Shown here piece after piece: positions 12,228-24,964 of a stretch of DNA of 56,501 nucleotides (position 1 is the first letter of the stretch; each line of letters begins with the position of its first letter). A program made the translations under genes and the position numbers. The notes beneath the pieces are model-generated. The model worked only from the letters and a program-made list of their open reading frames with translations. It had not been told where the DNA came from and did no database searches. The DNA comes from Octopus bimaculoides (taxonomy: Eukaryota): contig NC_068995.1 of NCBI RefSeq assembly GCF_001194135.2, positions 8,718,957 to 8,775,457 of the forward strand. Direction: 5' to 3'.

Positions 12228-13338
12228 TTACATGTGTATATATATACATTTATACATATGTACATGTACATATATATGCCTAATACACGTGCACAGGAAC
12301 ATACACACATACATATATAAGAATGTGTTCATTCAAGTAGCATGTGTCGTCTGTATGCCATTATCACTTCCCCTCACAAATGTGGTCTTTCTTTTTATTT
12401 CTTATTTGCATTTTATTACGTTGGCCAAGTATTATAGGTTTAATGCATAAGGTCTTCATATTCTTTGTATCAACGTCAACGACAACAACAACACCAATAT
12501 TGTTTTCTTTTTTTGTTTTTTAACTACTAAATCTCGAAATCATGAAAACTACATTCACACATAGGCAATCACATTAACAAACGTATATATATATATACGC
12601 AGATGCACACACACATACAATCAACAGGCTAAAAGTTAAGGTTCCGCCCACAAAATTCCGTTGCAAAATATTGGTCGGCAGTGTTTATCGGAGAAGACAC
12701 TTTTCGAAGATGTTGTTCATACTGACACTGTTTCCAGTACCACGTGATTCTGAAAAGCACATGTTAAGCACATAGCCATGCTATTCCCCCTCTCCTTCCC
12801 TAATAATCTCCCTCTCACTGTCTCTCTCACAAACAATCTACATTAGCGCTATTTGAACCGGAATACCTTTGGAAATAGCTCTGCTACGTAAGAATCAACG
12901 TGGGACTAAATAATGATGGCAGATCCGTCGAGAATTGAAATCAGAACGTAACTGGATGCAATTAATTAAAGTCTGTAAGGTGTAAGGTATATTCTGTGAC
13001 GCTGGTCTACTGATTTTGCCAATAATAACGATAATGGAAGTTGGAATTTTGGCTTCCGGCCAACCGTTTAGGGAAAGAATGGGTGAGGAAAGTAATCGGT
13101 TTTATCGACGTCACTACAACATCACGAATGATTATTGGCGAATGAACTGATAATCGAGCTTCGTTTATGCGTTTGCTCAACTTGCTAGGAAGAGCAGAGC
13201 AATATCCGTCAAATCACACGCACACATCTTCAGAGAAAAGGGTTTGAGTTTACGTTTTTTACAGCCTCGATTTAGGAACCCATATGATTGATTGAATTGA
13301 CGTGAACATTGGTCATACAATAACAGACAGTGCTTTGT

Positions 13339-13709
13339 TGTTGGCACTCCGTCGCTTACGATGTCGAGGGTTCCAGTTGATCCGATCAACGGAACTGCCT
13401 GCTCGTGAAATTAACGTGCGAGTGGCTGAGCACTCCACAGACACGTGTACCCTCAACGTAGTTCTCGGGGATATTCAGCGTGACATAGTGTGACAAGGCT
13501 GGCCCCTTTGAAATACAGGCACAACAGAAACAGGAAGTAAGAGTGAGAGAAAGTTGTGGTGGAAGAGTACAGCAGGGTTCACCACCATTCCCTGCTGGAG
13601 CCTCGTGGAGCTTTTAGGTGTTTTCGCTCAATAAACACTCACAACGCTCGGTCTGGAAATCGAAACCGCGATCCTACGACCGAGAGTCCACTGGGCCCTT
13701 GCGCCTCCA
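13339..13709 (-). mobile_element. tRNA-derived SINE (family C), near full length
   Basis: tRNA-like head GGAGGCGCAAGGGCCCAGTGG...GGTTTCGATTTCC on the minus strand. Colinear with 18772-19142. Confidence 0.85.
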
Positions 13710-14234
13710 CAACAGACAGTGCACATGGACGCTAACTTAAGATAACACGGGAAACAAGGTGCTATATTTTGGGGTCTAATGTGTATCATTTTCTCAAATC
13801 TAACAACACGAGAGATTTAAATAGAAAGAGAAAAGATCCTTCTGTATGAATGGAAGAACATAAGATGAGACGTAACCAAAGTGAGGCTTTTTTTTGTTTT
13901 TTTTTAAATACTTAAGCAGAACATCTTGATTTGTGTGTGTATGGAGTACGGAAGCTACTTGTCAAATAGAACAACTTTTATCTAAATACACATTTTCAAT
14001 TCTTTTATACGGATTAAGTTTTTGCAGTCAAATATATCAGTTTTTATCTTAGGCACAAAACGTAATGTCCTTTCAGTTGGGAAAGGTTAGATATGAATAT
14101 ATTATTTTGTATTGAAATGACTTGCAAGACTGAAACACAAAAATCCTTTTTCAACGGGAATTTGAAATCTAAAGAAATATAATGACGTAAATATGACAAG
14201 GCAATATATTCTTTTATTCTTATAATTCTTGTAC

Positions 14235-14400
14235 CCTTTTCAGTCATTCAACTGCGGCAATGCTGGCGCATCGAACAGATCGACCCCAGGACTCATTCTA
14301 TCGATCTCTTTGGCCGAACAGCTAGATTACGGGGATATAAACGCACCGGTATTGGTTGACAAGCGATGGCGGTGGGAACAAACACATACACATAGAAACA
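14235..14400 (-). mobile_element. SINE family B fragment
   Basis: ttcagtcattcaactgcggcaatgctgg...atcgaccccaggac...ggttgacaagcgatgg. Confidence 0.7.
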
Positions 14401-14589
14401 CACATACACACACATTATATATATTATTAAAATTATAAATAAGAGTATTTTAGAGACACTACCATGCTTGAAATAGCAGTCAAAACCTGACTCTAAAACC
14501 ACATCATGAATTCTTTTCATAGGTTTTGACTGCTATTGCAAGCATGATGGTATCTCTTAGATACCCTTATTTATAATTTTAATAATAAT

Positions 14590-14915
14590 TATAACCTATA
14601 AGGTTTTCTCGTGTTTGTTTGTCTGTGGACAAGATATCTCAAGAACCACTGGATGAATTCGAATGAAACTTTCAGGGCTGTTTGGCCTTGTGACTGGCAC
14701 GAACTGATTAGATTTTGGATTTTCATGCACTACCGGAGAAGTATTCTGGATAATTTTCCTTGTTTATTTGCTTAATCTTTGAGAGTGGTCGGGTTCATTT
14801 TTAGCATTTTCGGCTGTGAGAGCAGTCAAGTTTATTTCAGATATTCTCATTTTAAAAATCATTTCTGGCTAATCGCTGTTGCCTTGGCGGAAGTTCGTGC
14901 TCTCTGGGTGCTTTT
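14590..14915 (+). mobile_element. Non-autonomous Helitron/Helentron-associated (HINE-like) element
   Basis: gtttgtttgtctgtggacaagatatctcaagaaccactggatgaattcgaatgaaacttt...gccttggcggaagttcgtgctctctgggtgc has the layout typical of such elements. Family assignment is from recall. Confidence 0.5.
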
Positions 14916-15384
14916 TTTTAAATTTATCTTATTTCAATATTTTATCAGTTACTTGAAGGTGGCAAGCTGACAGAATCTTTAATCATCGGACAAAATACTT
15001 CGTGGCATTTGTTTCAGTTCTGTATGTCCCGAGTTCAAATACCACCGAATTCAACCGTATCATTCATGGTCAGTAAAGTGACCTACAATTCAAGTACTGT
15101 TGGCCATCTAAGTCTCTGCCATTGTGTCAAAATTCGAAAGAGCCTAATCGGCTTAAGATAATCGGAAGTTGAGTTCATTGGCATTTGAACTCAAAACAAT
15201 TAGAAAAAAATCTTTCAAGTGACATACACACACACACACANNNNNNNNNNNNNNNNNNNNNNNNNNNNNNNNNNNNNNNNNNNNNNNNNNNNNNNNNNNN
15301 NNNNNNNNNNNNNNNNNNNNNNNNNNNNNNNNNNNNNNNNNNNNNNNNNNNNNNNNNNNGACAAGACCACCAATTGCGGTGGAG

Positions 15385-15555
15385 TCGGTAAGTCGATTGC
15401 ATTAACCCTAGTGCTCAAATTGGTATTTATTTCATCGATAATAAAAGCATGTGATGCAAAAAATCAATCTCGGCGGAATTCGAACTCAGAGCGTAGAAAC
15501 GAGCGAAATGCCGCTCAGCATTTCGTCCGGCGAATGCTTCTGCAGGCCCACCACC
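15385..15555 (-). mobile_element. SINE family A, degenerate copy
   Basis: taagtcgattgcatt...ctcggcggaattcgaactcagagcgt. Confidence 0.7.
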
Positions 15556-15577
15556 ACGTAATCTCTTATTATTTTAC

Positions 15578-16088
15578 TTGTTTCATGCTGGAGCACCGTC
15601 TTAATTAAAAAAAAACCCACCCCAGAACTTATTCTTTGCAAGCCTAGCGCTTATTCTATCGGTCTCTTATGCCAAATCGCTAATTTTCGGGGACGTAAAC
15701 ACACCGACATCGGTTGTCAAGTGATGGAGGACGCGAAGACAAACAGACACACACAGACACATATATATATATAAGAAGCCCGTCCTATGGCTTTGGTCGG
15801 CCGGAGGCTGCATAGTAGCTAATTTTCGGGGACGTAAACACACCAAAATCGGTTGTCAAGCGATGGAGGACGCGAAGACAAACACACACACAGACACATA
15901 CATATAAGAAGCCCGTCCTGTGACGGTCTTCTTTCAGTTTCCGCCTAACAAGTCCACTCCCACGGCTTTGGTCGGCCCGAGGCTACATAGTAGAAGCCAC
16001 TAGCTCGAGGTGACAGCCACGCAGTGGAACAGAACTCAGAATCATGTGGTTAGGGAAGCAAGCCTTGTTACCAAAGAGCCACGCCTCT
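15578..16088 (-). mobile_element. tRNA-derived SINE (family B) with an internal duplication
   Basis: Shared blocks catgctggagcacc, ggggacgtaaacacacc, ggctttggtcggcccgaggct. Segment 15680-15817 is repeated at 15818-15995. Confidence 0.8.
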
Positions 16089-17041
16089 GCTGTTAATGCA
16101 GGAACGAAACAAGAGGTAAAGAACTAGTCAATTAAATCGACACAAGTATTTGACAGATACCAAACTTTATTTTCTGCAGCTGGATGAAAGGTAATGTAAT
16201 CTGGGAAGGATTTGAACTCAGAATGTAAACAAGCATTGGAAAAATTCCCATCACCCATTTTTCGACCTTCTTAAAAAAACACTAGCAACGCTGATAATAA
16301 TAATAATCATGTGACTGAGTAGATTCATTCATGCCAACTCCTGCTGCTTATTGAACCTTTCTTTACTACGTATTCGTCCCATCTTTTCCCGCTCTTTTAT
16401 TAATTTCTTCTCTCTATCTGAATCTATACATTTTAACTTATTCTCCCTCTCTCTCTCGNNNNNNNNNNNNNNNNNNNNNNNNNNNNNNNNNNNNNNNNNN
16501 NNNNNNNNNNNNNNNNNNNNNNNNNNNNNNNNNNNNNNNNNNNNNNNNNNNNNNNNNNNNNNNNNNNNNNNNNNNNNNNNNNNNNNNNNNNNNNNNNNNN
16601 NNNNNNNNNNNNNNNNNNNNNNNNNNNNNNNNNNNNNNNNNNNNNNNNNNNNNNNNNNNNNNNNNNNNNNNNNNNNNNNNNNNNNNNNNNNNNNNNNNNN
16701 NNNNNNNNNNNNNNNNNNNNNNNNNNNNNNNNNNNNNNNNNNNNNNNNNNNNNNNNNNNNNNNNNNNNNNNNNNNNNNNNNNNNNNNATCTTATATATAT
16801 GCATGTGTGTATGTGTGTATTTCTGCTCTGTTTTCCTCTCTGCTTTTTACTTCTTTTTTCAACCATTGAACTTTCTATCCACTGTTCGCCTTCCGTCAAT
16901 TACAACACACATACACACAAACTCACACACGCACCTACGCACACTCATACAAGCGCACGCACATACACAGACACACACATACACACAGACACATCAAACA
17001 AAGCCGTTCTGGTTGGTTCAGTTAACGTATATCTGCCTCTT

Positions 17042-17085
<44 letters not shown>

Positions 17086-17164
17086 TGAGGTGTATCTATC
17101 CCTCCTTTATCTTTTTACCTCTTAACCTATCTTATCTCACCCTCTCTCTCACCATCTGTCTATT

Positions 17165-17378
17165 TATCTAGCTGCCTACCTGCCTATCTCTGCCTATCTA
17201 ACTACCTATGTCTATCTACCTATCTCTATCTACTTCTGTCTATCTATCCATCCATCTATCTCTGTCTATCTATCAATCTATATCTATCTATCTACCTCTG
17301 CCTGTATATCTATCTACCTGTATATCTATCTATCTATCTATCTATCTACCTGTATATCTATCTATCTATCTACCTGTA

Positions 17379-17424
<46 letters not shown>

Positions 17425-17480
17425 CCTGTATATCTATATATCTACCTATTTATCTATCTACCTATCTACCTCTCTATCCC
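17165..17480. repeat. Compound (TATC)n tetranucleotide microsatellite
   Basis: TATC units interspersed with TACCTG variants. Confidence 0.95.
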
Positions 17481-17913
17481 TGGCAGTCATTCATTTTCCG
17501 CCGTCACTTTCGCTGCTGTTTTACAAAACATATTGGTTAACTAACAATAATGACGTGCTTATCGACTTTCTATGGACTTCTACCGACACCAACACAAACA
17601 CTAGGACACACAAAACAAAAATCTGGTCCAGTCTACTCATGAATTTTGTAAAAATCACATGGCAATATATATGCTTGTGTGTGTGTCTGTGTGTCTGGCT
17701 GTCTGTGTGTGTGTGTTGTGTGTGCAGATGGTCGCCTTCTAAATATTTACACACACGTCCAACTTTGTGTATATTTGATCGTATACAAATTCGAAATTTT
17801 AAATCAACATGCATGTGTGTGTGTGTGAGTGTATATATATGTACATACTTAAACACGCGCGCAAAGCACACACACACACATCAACGGACACAAAAAGTTA
17901 TATGTATGTGTAC

Positions 17914-17946
<33 letters not shown>

Positions 17947-17952
17947 TATATG

Positions 17953-17988
<36 letters not shown>

Positions 17989-18450
17989 NNNNNNNNNNNN
18001 NNNNNNNNNNNNNNNNNNNNNNNNNNNNNNNNNNNNNNNNNNNNNNNNNNNNNNNNNNNNNNNNNNNNNNNNNNNNNNNNNNNNNNNNNNNNNNNNNNNN
18101 NNNNNNNNNNNNNNNNNNNNNNNNNNNNNNNNNNNNNNNNNNNNNNNNNNNNNNNNNNNNNNNNNNNNNNNNNNNNNNNNNNNNNNNNNNNNNNNNNNNN
18201 NNNNNNNNNNNNNNNNNNNNNNNNNNNNNNNNNNNNNNNNNNNNNNNNNNNNNNNNNNNNNNNNNNNNNNNNNNNNNNNNNNNNNNNNNNNNNNNNNNNN
18301 NNNNNNNNNNNNNNNNNNNNNNNNNNNNNNNNNNNNNNNNNNNNNNNNNNNNNNNNNNNNNNNNNNNNNNNNNNNNNNNNNNNNNNNNNNNNNNNNNNNN
18401 NNNNNNNNNNNNNNNNNNNNNNNNNNNNNNNNNNNNNNNNNNNNNNNNNN

Positions 18451-18493
<43 letters not shown>

Positions 18494-18771
18494 TATATGC
18501 GCATATATATATATATATCATGCATATATAAATCCATGCGTACATACGTACATTTACGTATATGTATGTCATTGCGGATTTCACGTAAAGAAGATTTAAC
18601 GTGGAATTGTGTGTTTCCAGATATATTTATACTTTCATAGACTCCAAGCAAACACACATACATAATACACAAGCGCACATATTTACTCATACACTCAACC
18701 ACTTCCCATCATTATACATTATTTCATACTCAAACAAACCTATACGCACACACTATATACACAGATATATC

Positions 18772-19142
18772 GTGGCATTCCGTCAGTTACGACGTCCAGG
18801 GTTCCATATGATCCGATCAACGGAACAGCCTGCTCGTGAAATTAACGTGCAAGTGTTTGAGCACTCCACAGACACGTGTACACTTAACGTAGTTCTCGGG
18901 GAGATTCAGCGTGAAACAGAGTGTGACAAGGATGGCCCTTTGAAATACAGGTACAACAGAAACAGGAAGAAAGAGTGAGAGAAAGTTGTGATGAAAGAAT
19001 ACAGCAGGATTCGCCCCCTCCCCTGCCAGAGCCTCATATAGCATTAAGTGTTTTCGCACAATAAACAGTCACAACGCCCGGTATGGGAATCGATAACACG
19101 ATCCTACGACCCCGAGTCCTTGCCCTAACCATTGCGCCTCCA
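18772..19142 (-). mobile_element. tRNA-derived SINE (family C), second copy
   Basis: Aligns by eye along its whole length with 13339-13709. Confidence 0.85.
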
Positions 19143-19191
19143 CACACAAATATATACAAAGATAGACACACGCATATTTTCTGTTACTTCT

Positions 19192-19480
19192 TTCAGTCGT
19201 TAGAGTGCGACCATACTGGAGCATTGCCTTGAGGAATTCTAGTGGAATGAATCGAACCCAGCATCTTTTGAAGACCGATATTTATCCTATTAGTCTCTAT
19301 TGCCAAAAGTCTAAATTACAGGGACGTAAACGCACCAACACTGGTTTCCATTTACCAAATCCACTCACAAGGTTTTGTTCAACCCGAGATTATAGTGGAA
19401 GACACTTGTCCAAGGTGCCACGAAATGGGACTGAGTCCGGAACCACGTGGCTGGGAAGGAAACTTCTTGTCACACACACA
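19192..19480 (-). mobile_element. SINE family B, internally deleted copy
   Basis: gtgcgaccatactggagcattgccttga...gggacgtaaacgcacc...caaggtgccacg. Confidence 0.7.
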
Positions 19481-19689
19481 TTTCTGTGCCTAGTGTATGT
19501 AAATTATTTATATTAATTTCCTGTTACATCTGAGGTCAAATTTGCCCTTCATACTTTCAGGGTCGCAGAAATAAGTCCCAATTAACACTGAGGTCAAAGT
19601 AATTGACTCACCCCATCCCCCAAATATTCAGGCCCCGCGTTCTTATACTAGAAATGATAATTGACTTACACTTGTTTTTTTATTTCTTT

Positions 19690-19967
19690 ATTGCCCACAA
19701 GGGGCTAAACATAGAGAGGACAAACAAGGACAGACAAAGGGATTAAGTCGATTACATCGACCCCAATGAGTAACTGGTACTTAATTCATCGACCCCGAAA
19801 GGAGGGAAGGCAAAGTCGACCTCGGCGGAATATGAACTCAGAATGTAACGGCAGACGAAATACTGCTAAGCATTTCGCCCGGCGTGCTAACGTTTCTGCC
19901 AGCTTTTCGCCCGGCGTGCTAACGTTTCTGCCAGCATTTCGCCCGGCGTGCTAACGTTTCTGCCAGC
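19690..19967 (-). mobile_element. tRNA-derived SINE (family A) with a triplicated 5' head
   Basis: Core atcgaccccgaaagga...gcaaagtcgacctcggcggaat, plus three identical 31-nt units at 19873-19967. Confidence 0.85.
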
Positions 19968-20779
19968 TTACACTTGTTTTTCTCACACAAAGTGCGCCCC
20001 CATCGGTGCCAATGACCAGTTTCTACGGCCCCAGGTCATTTGTGCAACCTGTGTAAGCAGTAAAACCTCAGGACTAAAAGTATGCTTTGACAGGACACCT
20101 GTTACAAATTCTTGTAAAGGAAAACTCTTCCACAGTAGGACCATCTGTAGGCAATGTTATTAAAACAAACAAATCTGAGTCAACCACTGACGGCCTCCCT
20201 TTCGTTATTACTCCTGGCCCTTTGTTTACTGTATGTTATGTCAAAGCGAGCGCTTAAGTGGGTAAACTAATTTCATTGATGATTGTAAGTTCACGAGGTC
20301 CATACCTGGCTGGTCCATTGATCGGATCAACTGAAAACTCGTCGTCGTAACCGATAGAGTGACAGCTGTGTTCTGAGTTCCAATCCCACCCTTACCAAAT
20401 TTCCGTTTCATCCTATCGAGGTCCATAATGAGTTCACCAATCCAATGCTGTGGTCGATTCTTCTGTCTGTCTGTCTGTCACACTTCTCCCTCTATCTCTT
20501 TTTCTTTGTCTTTCTTTCGTTCACTGTGTTTCTCTCTACCTCCATCACTCCCCCCTTCTCTCTCCATCTTCTTTGTCGTTCTGTCTGTGTTTCTCTCTGC
20601 CTCCATCCCACCCACTGTCTCTCAATCGCTGAACGATGCATCATCAAATCATCATTAAAACCCTCATGTTATTACCGTCCCGAGCCCCAAGGCCAAATCA
20701 CAGCCGCTTACCATGACATATAAGTAATCTAGTTTGCTATATTTCTCCTGAACGGAACACCGGTTCGACGCCGGATTAC

Positions 20780-20912
20780 TCATTTCCGGCATAGTGAACG
20801 GGAGCAATGTGAAATAAAGTATTTTGCTCAAGAACAAAACTTACCGACCGATTCGAAACTACGATGTTGCGATCTTGAAGGTACCGCCCTAAACGCTTGA
20901 CCATGCGCACTC
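20780..20912 (-). mobile_element. SINE family D 5' fragment
   Basis: Decayed tRNA-like head, plus gggagcaatgtgaaataaagt...ttgctcaagaaca. Confidence 0.55.
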
Positions 20913-21028
20913 ACGTGTCCTTTCTCCATGATTTAAATAGCCCAGATTTTTCATGTATTATCACGTTAGTTCAACACTAAAATAACGTTAAGGTTATAAG
21001 TGTCTCTGAAATACGCAAACATTTACAC

Positions 21029-21354
21029 CAGTTCCCAAAGTGGGCGGTATTGCCCCTTTGGGGGCGGTGGAAAGTTCCATGAGGGCGTTGAGGAAAAGTG
21101 GGGTAGCAATTCATGCAAAAAGTGGGGCAGTAATTGGGTAGCAATTCATGTAACAACAAAATAATGGGTTCATTAGATTAAGTTTTGTGAAAAACAGTTG
21201 CTTTGAATTTGCTTCAGAAAGAGGTCTATGTTTGTGATGGTTAATTGATGTGATGGCATGTAATTGAGGTGGAGTATGTGATGGTTAATTGAGGTGGGGG
21301 TATGTGACCTGGGTGTCAAGGTGGCGGCAGCCCGAAAAAGTTTGGGAATCATTA
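21029..21354. mobile_element. hAT (Charlie/Buster-like) MITE with an 8-bp TSD
   Basis: Ends are CAGTTCCCAAA... and ...TTTGGGAATCATTA, decayed from a CAGTGRTTCCCAAA-type TIR. The perfect TSD ATTTACAC lies at 21021-21028 and 21355-21362. Confidence 0.85.
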
Positions 21355-21401
21355 ATTTACACGGTAGATTCACAAGTAGAACTGCGGAGCGTCCAGCAAT
21401 T

Positions 21402-21820
21402 GAAGGCGCGTAGCCTAGTGGTTCGGGTGTTGCTCTCACGATCACTAGAACGTGAGACCGACTTTTGGATCGGGCAACATGTGTTATTGTGCAAAACAAA
21501 AAGCCATTTCCCGTTACTCAAGTGCTGTGTGGGGACCGGCTTGTCAAAGAAAAGACGTAACGTTTCCTCTACGTGTCTTCACAGGCATCTAAAATAGACC
21601 TCTGGGTTGGAGGGCTGACCGCCTGAGTGGTGCAAAGACATCGACCAGGAGTTGCATTCATGATCACTAGATCTTGGGTTCGAATTTTGAATCAGGCGGC
21701 GTATTTTACTCTTGTGCAAAACAAGTCATTTCAAATTTCTCAACTGCTGTTTGGGGAGCGGCATGTCAAAAGATAGACACAAGATATATCGTGCGTGTCA
21801 TCAGAGGTGGCTTAAAAGTG
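21402..21820 (+). mobile_element. Tandem pair of diverged tRNA-headed elements with a body unlike families A-D
   Basis: 21402-21595 and about 21648-21820 share gatcactaga, ttgtgcaaaacaa, ctcaa.tgctgt.tgggga.cggc.tgtcaaa and cgtgtc.tca. Confidence 0.6.
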
Positions 21821-22745
21821 GTTGAAGAAGGATTTACACTCTGGCATTAGAAAACCCTCACTAGAAACGACTATTCAAATTAGACCCATGGGTTGGCGGG
21901 TTCACCAGCTGGGTAGTTCAAAGAAAGAATCCACCTGGAGTAGCGAATGCAGCAACAAGTAATGGATAGAGCGATCCACTGCCACAGAGCATGCTTCCTG
22001 TATATTACAACTGAATGCTCAACAATAAAACCAGTAGAAAATCTATCAGAACCACTACAATTATCATCTGCAGCAGTTAAGTACTGTCTACCACGTAGGT
22101 GCCACCCGGTAGGGTACATTAGGGCTCCACCTATCGTAACACGTACAAACACTGAGATGAATTATGACACTTTGTCAGAGATATTTTCACACGATGCTCC
22201 TTGCGAGATACATATGTATATGTATGTATATATANNNNNNNNNNNNNNNNNNNNNNNNNNNNNNNNNNNNNNNNNNNNNNNNNNNNNNNNNNNNNNNNNN
22301 NNNNNNNNNNNNNNNNNNNNNNNNNNNNNNNNNNNNNNNNNNNNNNNNNNNNNNNNNNNNNNNNNNNNNNNNNNNNNNNNNNNNNNNNNNNNNNNNNNNN
22401 NNNNNNNNNNNNNNNNNNNNNNNNNNNNNNNNNNNNNNNNNNNNNNNNNNNNNNNNNNNNNNNNNNNNNNNNNNNNNNNNNNNNNNNNNNNNNNNNNNNN
22501 NNNNNNNNNNNNNNNNNNNNNNNNNNNNNNNNNNNNNNNNNNNNNNNNNNNNNNNNNNNNNNNNNNNNNNNNNNNNNNNNNNNNNNNNNNNNNNNNNNNN
22601 NNNNNNNNNNNNNNNNNNNNNNNNNNNNNNNNNNNNNNNNNNNNNNNNNNNNNNNNNNNNNNNNNNNNNNNNNNNNNNNNNNNNNNNNNNNNNNNNNNNN
22701 NNNNNNNNNNNNNNNNNNNNNNNNNNNNNNNNNNNNNNNNNNNNN

Positions 22746-22805
<60 letters not shown>

Positions 22806-23505
22806 TCACAAAGGAAAATATGTAGAACTCGTAAAGTTTCCGACAAGTTTGTGAAGCTGTCAAAGATTTCCAATTCGAAAAACAATAACTGCAATAAAAA
22901 ACAATAAATGTTATAAAAAGAAAATAGAAAATAAGAATGTCACATAATACAGAAAAGAGACCACTTTGGTTCTATTGTCTTTATATTTATAACATTATAT
23001 AATGAATTTCGAATTGGTAATCTTTCAAGGGTAGGATTGATGCCCTGTAATCGTAGTGCCCTGGGGCCAGTATGTTGTTTATACTTATTTATGTAGAAAT
23101 GGTAAACAAGAAGTGAAATAGAGTCGAGGACTCTGTGGAATACCCTGCCTGTTTTTTAAAATCATAGGTCATAGACAAAGGTGAGTCCAAAACTAGATTG
23201 GATAAATATATGGGGTCGTGCATATTTGTGTAGTTGTGGTCGCGTCCGTGCTGGGACGCCGACGTTTCCTTTGCTAGGGAAAGGGTAGCAAGCAAACGGC
23301 TGGGACCCCTTTGGCCGCAGCCCTCGGACTGCAAAGAAAAATAGTAGAAAAAAAAAGAGGATGTATAAAAACATGCCTACATACACATAAGTTTACATGT
23401 GTATGTATATACGTATACATACATACATACATATGATTTGGTTTGATCTAGTTTCACCTCATGAGCTCTGGCCATGCTGGGGGGCTCCGCTATAGACACA
23501 AACAC

Positions 23506-23546
<41 letters not shown>

Positions 23547-23837
23547 NNNNNNNNNNNNNNNNNNNNNNNNNNNNNNNNGCGTGTGCGTGTGTGTTTGTAT
23601 GTGTATATATATATATGGATAGATGTAAGTACTGATATATAATTATATACACATAACTGTGTGCGTATGTGAGTAATACGCATGAGTACAGGCATGTGTA
23701 AATATATGTGTATACAAATACATGTATATGTGTTTATGTGTATACATATAAATGTATATATATATATGTGTGTGCGTGTGTAGATATATATACAGGTAGA
23801 TATATATACAGATATATATATACAGGTATATATATAT

Positions 23838-23960
23838 GTTGAAGAGCGTAGCTCGAAACGTCAAAGACTTTCCGTATTCCAGAGCGTCATACTAATATAT
23901 ACTTTTGTTATTTACACCACCTGTCCTCGTCTGTTGTTATTATTTGTATATTCTCCCATA
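23838..23960 (+). mobile_element. 5'-truncated third copy of the hammerhead-bearing remnant, embedded in (AT)n
   Basis: Reads GTTGAAGAGCGTAGCTCGAAACGTCAAAGACTTTCCGTATTCC...TTTACACCACCTGTCCTCGT. It lacks C3 and the 5' strand of stem I, and (AT)n flanks both sides. Confidence 0.65.
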
Positions 23961-24316
23961 TATATATGACGCCGTTCATTAATCCACACTTAAATACTTA
24001 CATTTATCTATCTGTGTGTGTGCGTATGTCTTTGCGTGTAAATACCTCAATACGTGTATATATATATATATATATGTCACACAGCAGGTGTCACAAAACT
24101 GAGAGTGAAAACTTGTGCCGATTCTCACAGTTCAAATGGCTTTTTTCTTAAAGACATTCGGAATTTTGTCGTTCGCATCCCGATATTTAAATACCATTAC
24201 GAACAGACACACAGACAAAGAAACACGCTAAAACAAACACGCAAACTTCATACATACATACACACACACACACACACGCACACACACACACACAGACGTT
24301 TATATGTTGCAAACAA

Positions 24317-24387
<71 letters not shown>

Positions 24388-24452
24388 TATTTATGTGCAT
24401 ATGTATATATACACTGTGACAATACATTTATGTGTGTATATATGTATGTGTG

Positions 24453-24494
<42 letters not shown>

Positions 24495-24931
24495 CAAATA
24501 CAGAGAAAGAGAGGTAGATATGTAGATAGAGGGAGAGATAGATACACAAATGTATATATGATGTGTGTGTGTGTGTGTGTATGGATATTTAGAGGCATAC
24601 GTACATATGTATATATATACGATTGATTGTGTGTGTGAAAATATAAGTATGTAGGTCTGCTTATGTGTATATATGTATGTGTGTGGATATATATATATAT
24701 TTACATATATGTAAATATATATGTGTATACATGTGTGTGTGTGTATATATATATTATATAAAGAGAGAGGGGGAGAGAGAGAAAGAGAGAGATAGGGTGG
24801 GAAGGACTAACATAAGAAAGACATATTGGTTGACTGATAGATATCTAGCTAGCTAAATATATAGCTGGATTGATAGATGCAGTGTTATGTGAAAATCAGT
24901 GTATCGATACACGTGTGATTATGTGATGTGA

Positions 24932-24964
<33 letters not shown>

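Noticed and set aside
19873-19967. CRISPR-like direct repeats
   Set aside because: Eukaryotic context, no spacers, and the repeat is a SINE head.
23230-23300. Hammerhead-like GAAACG-TCGG-CGTC on the minus strand; HDV- and twister-like GGTCCCAGCC
   Set aside because: There is no CUGANGA core and stem II closes with the wrong pair. The twister UAA/P2 elements and the HDV pseudoknot pairings are absent.
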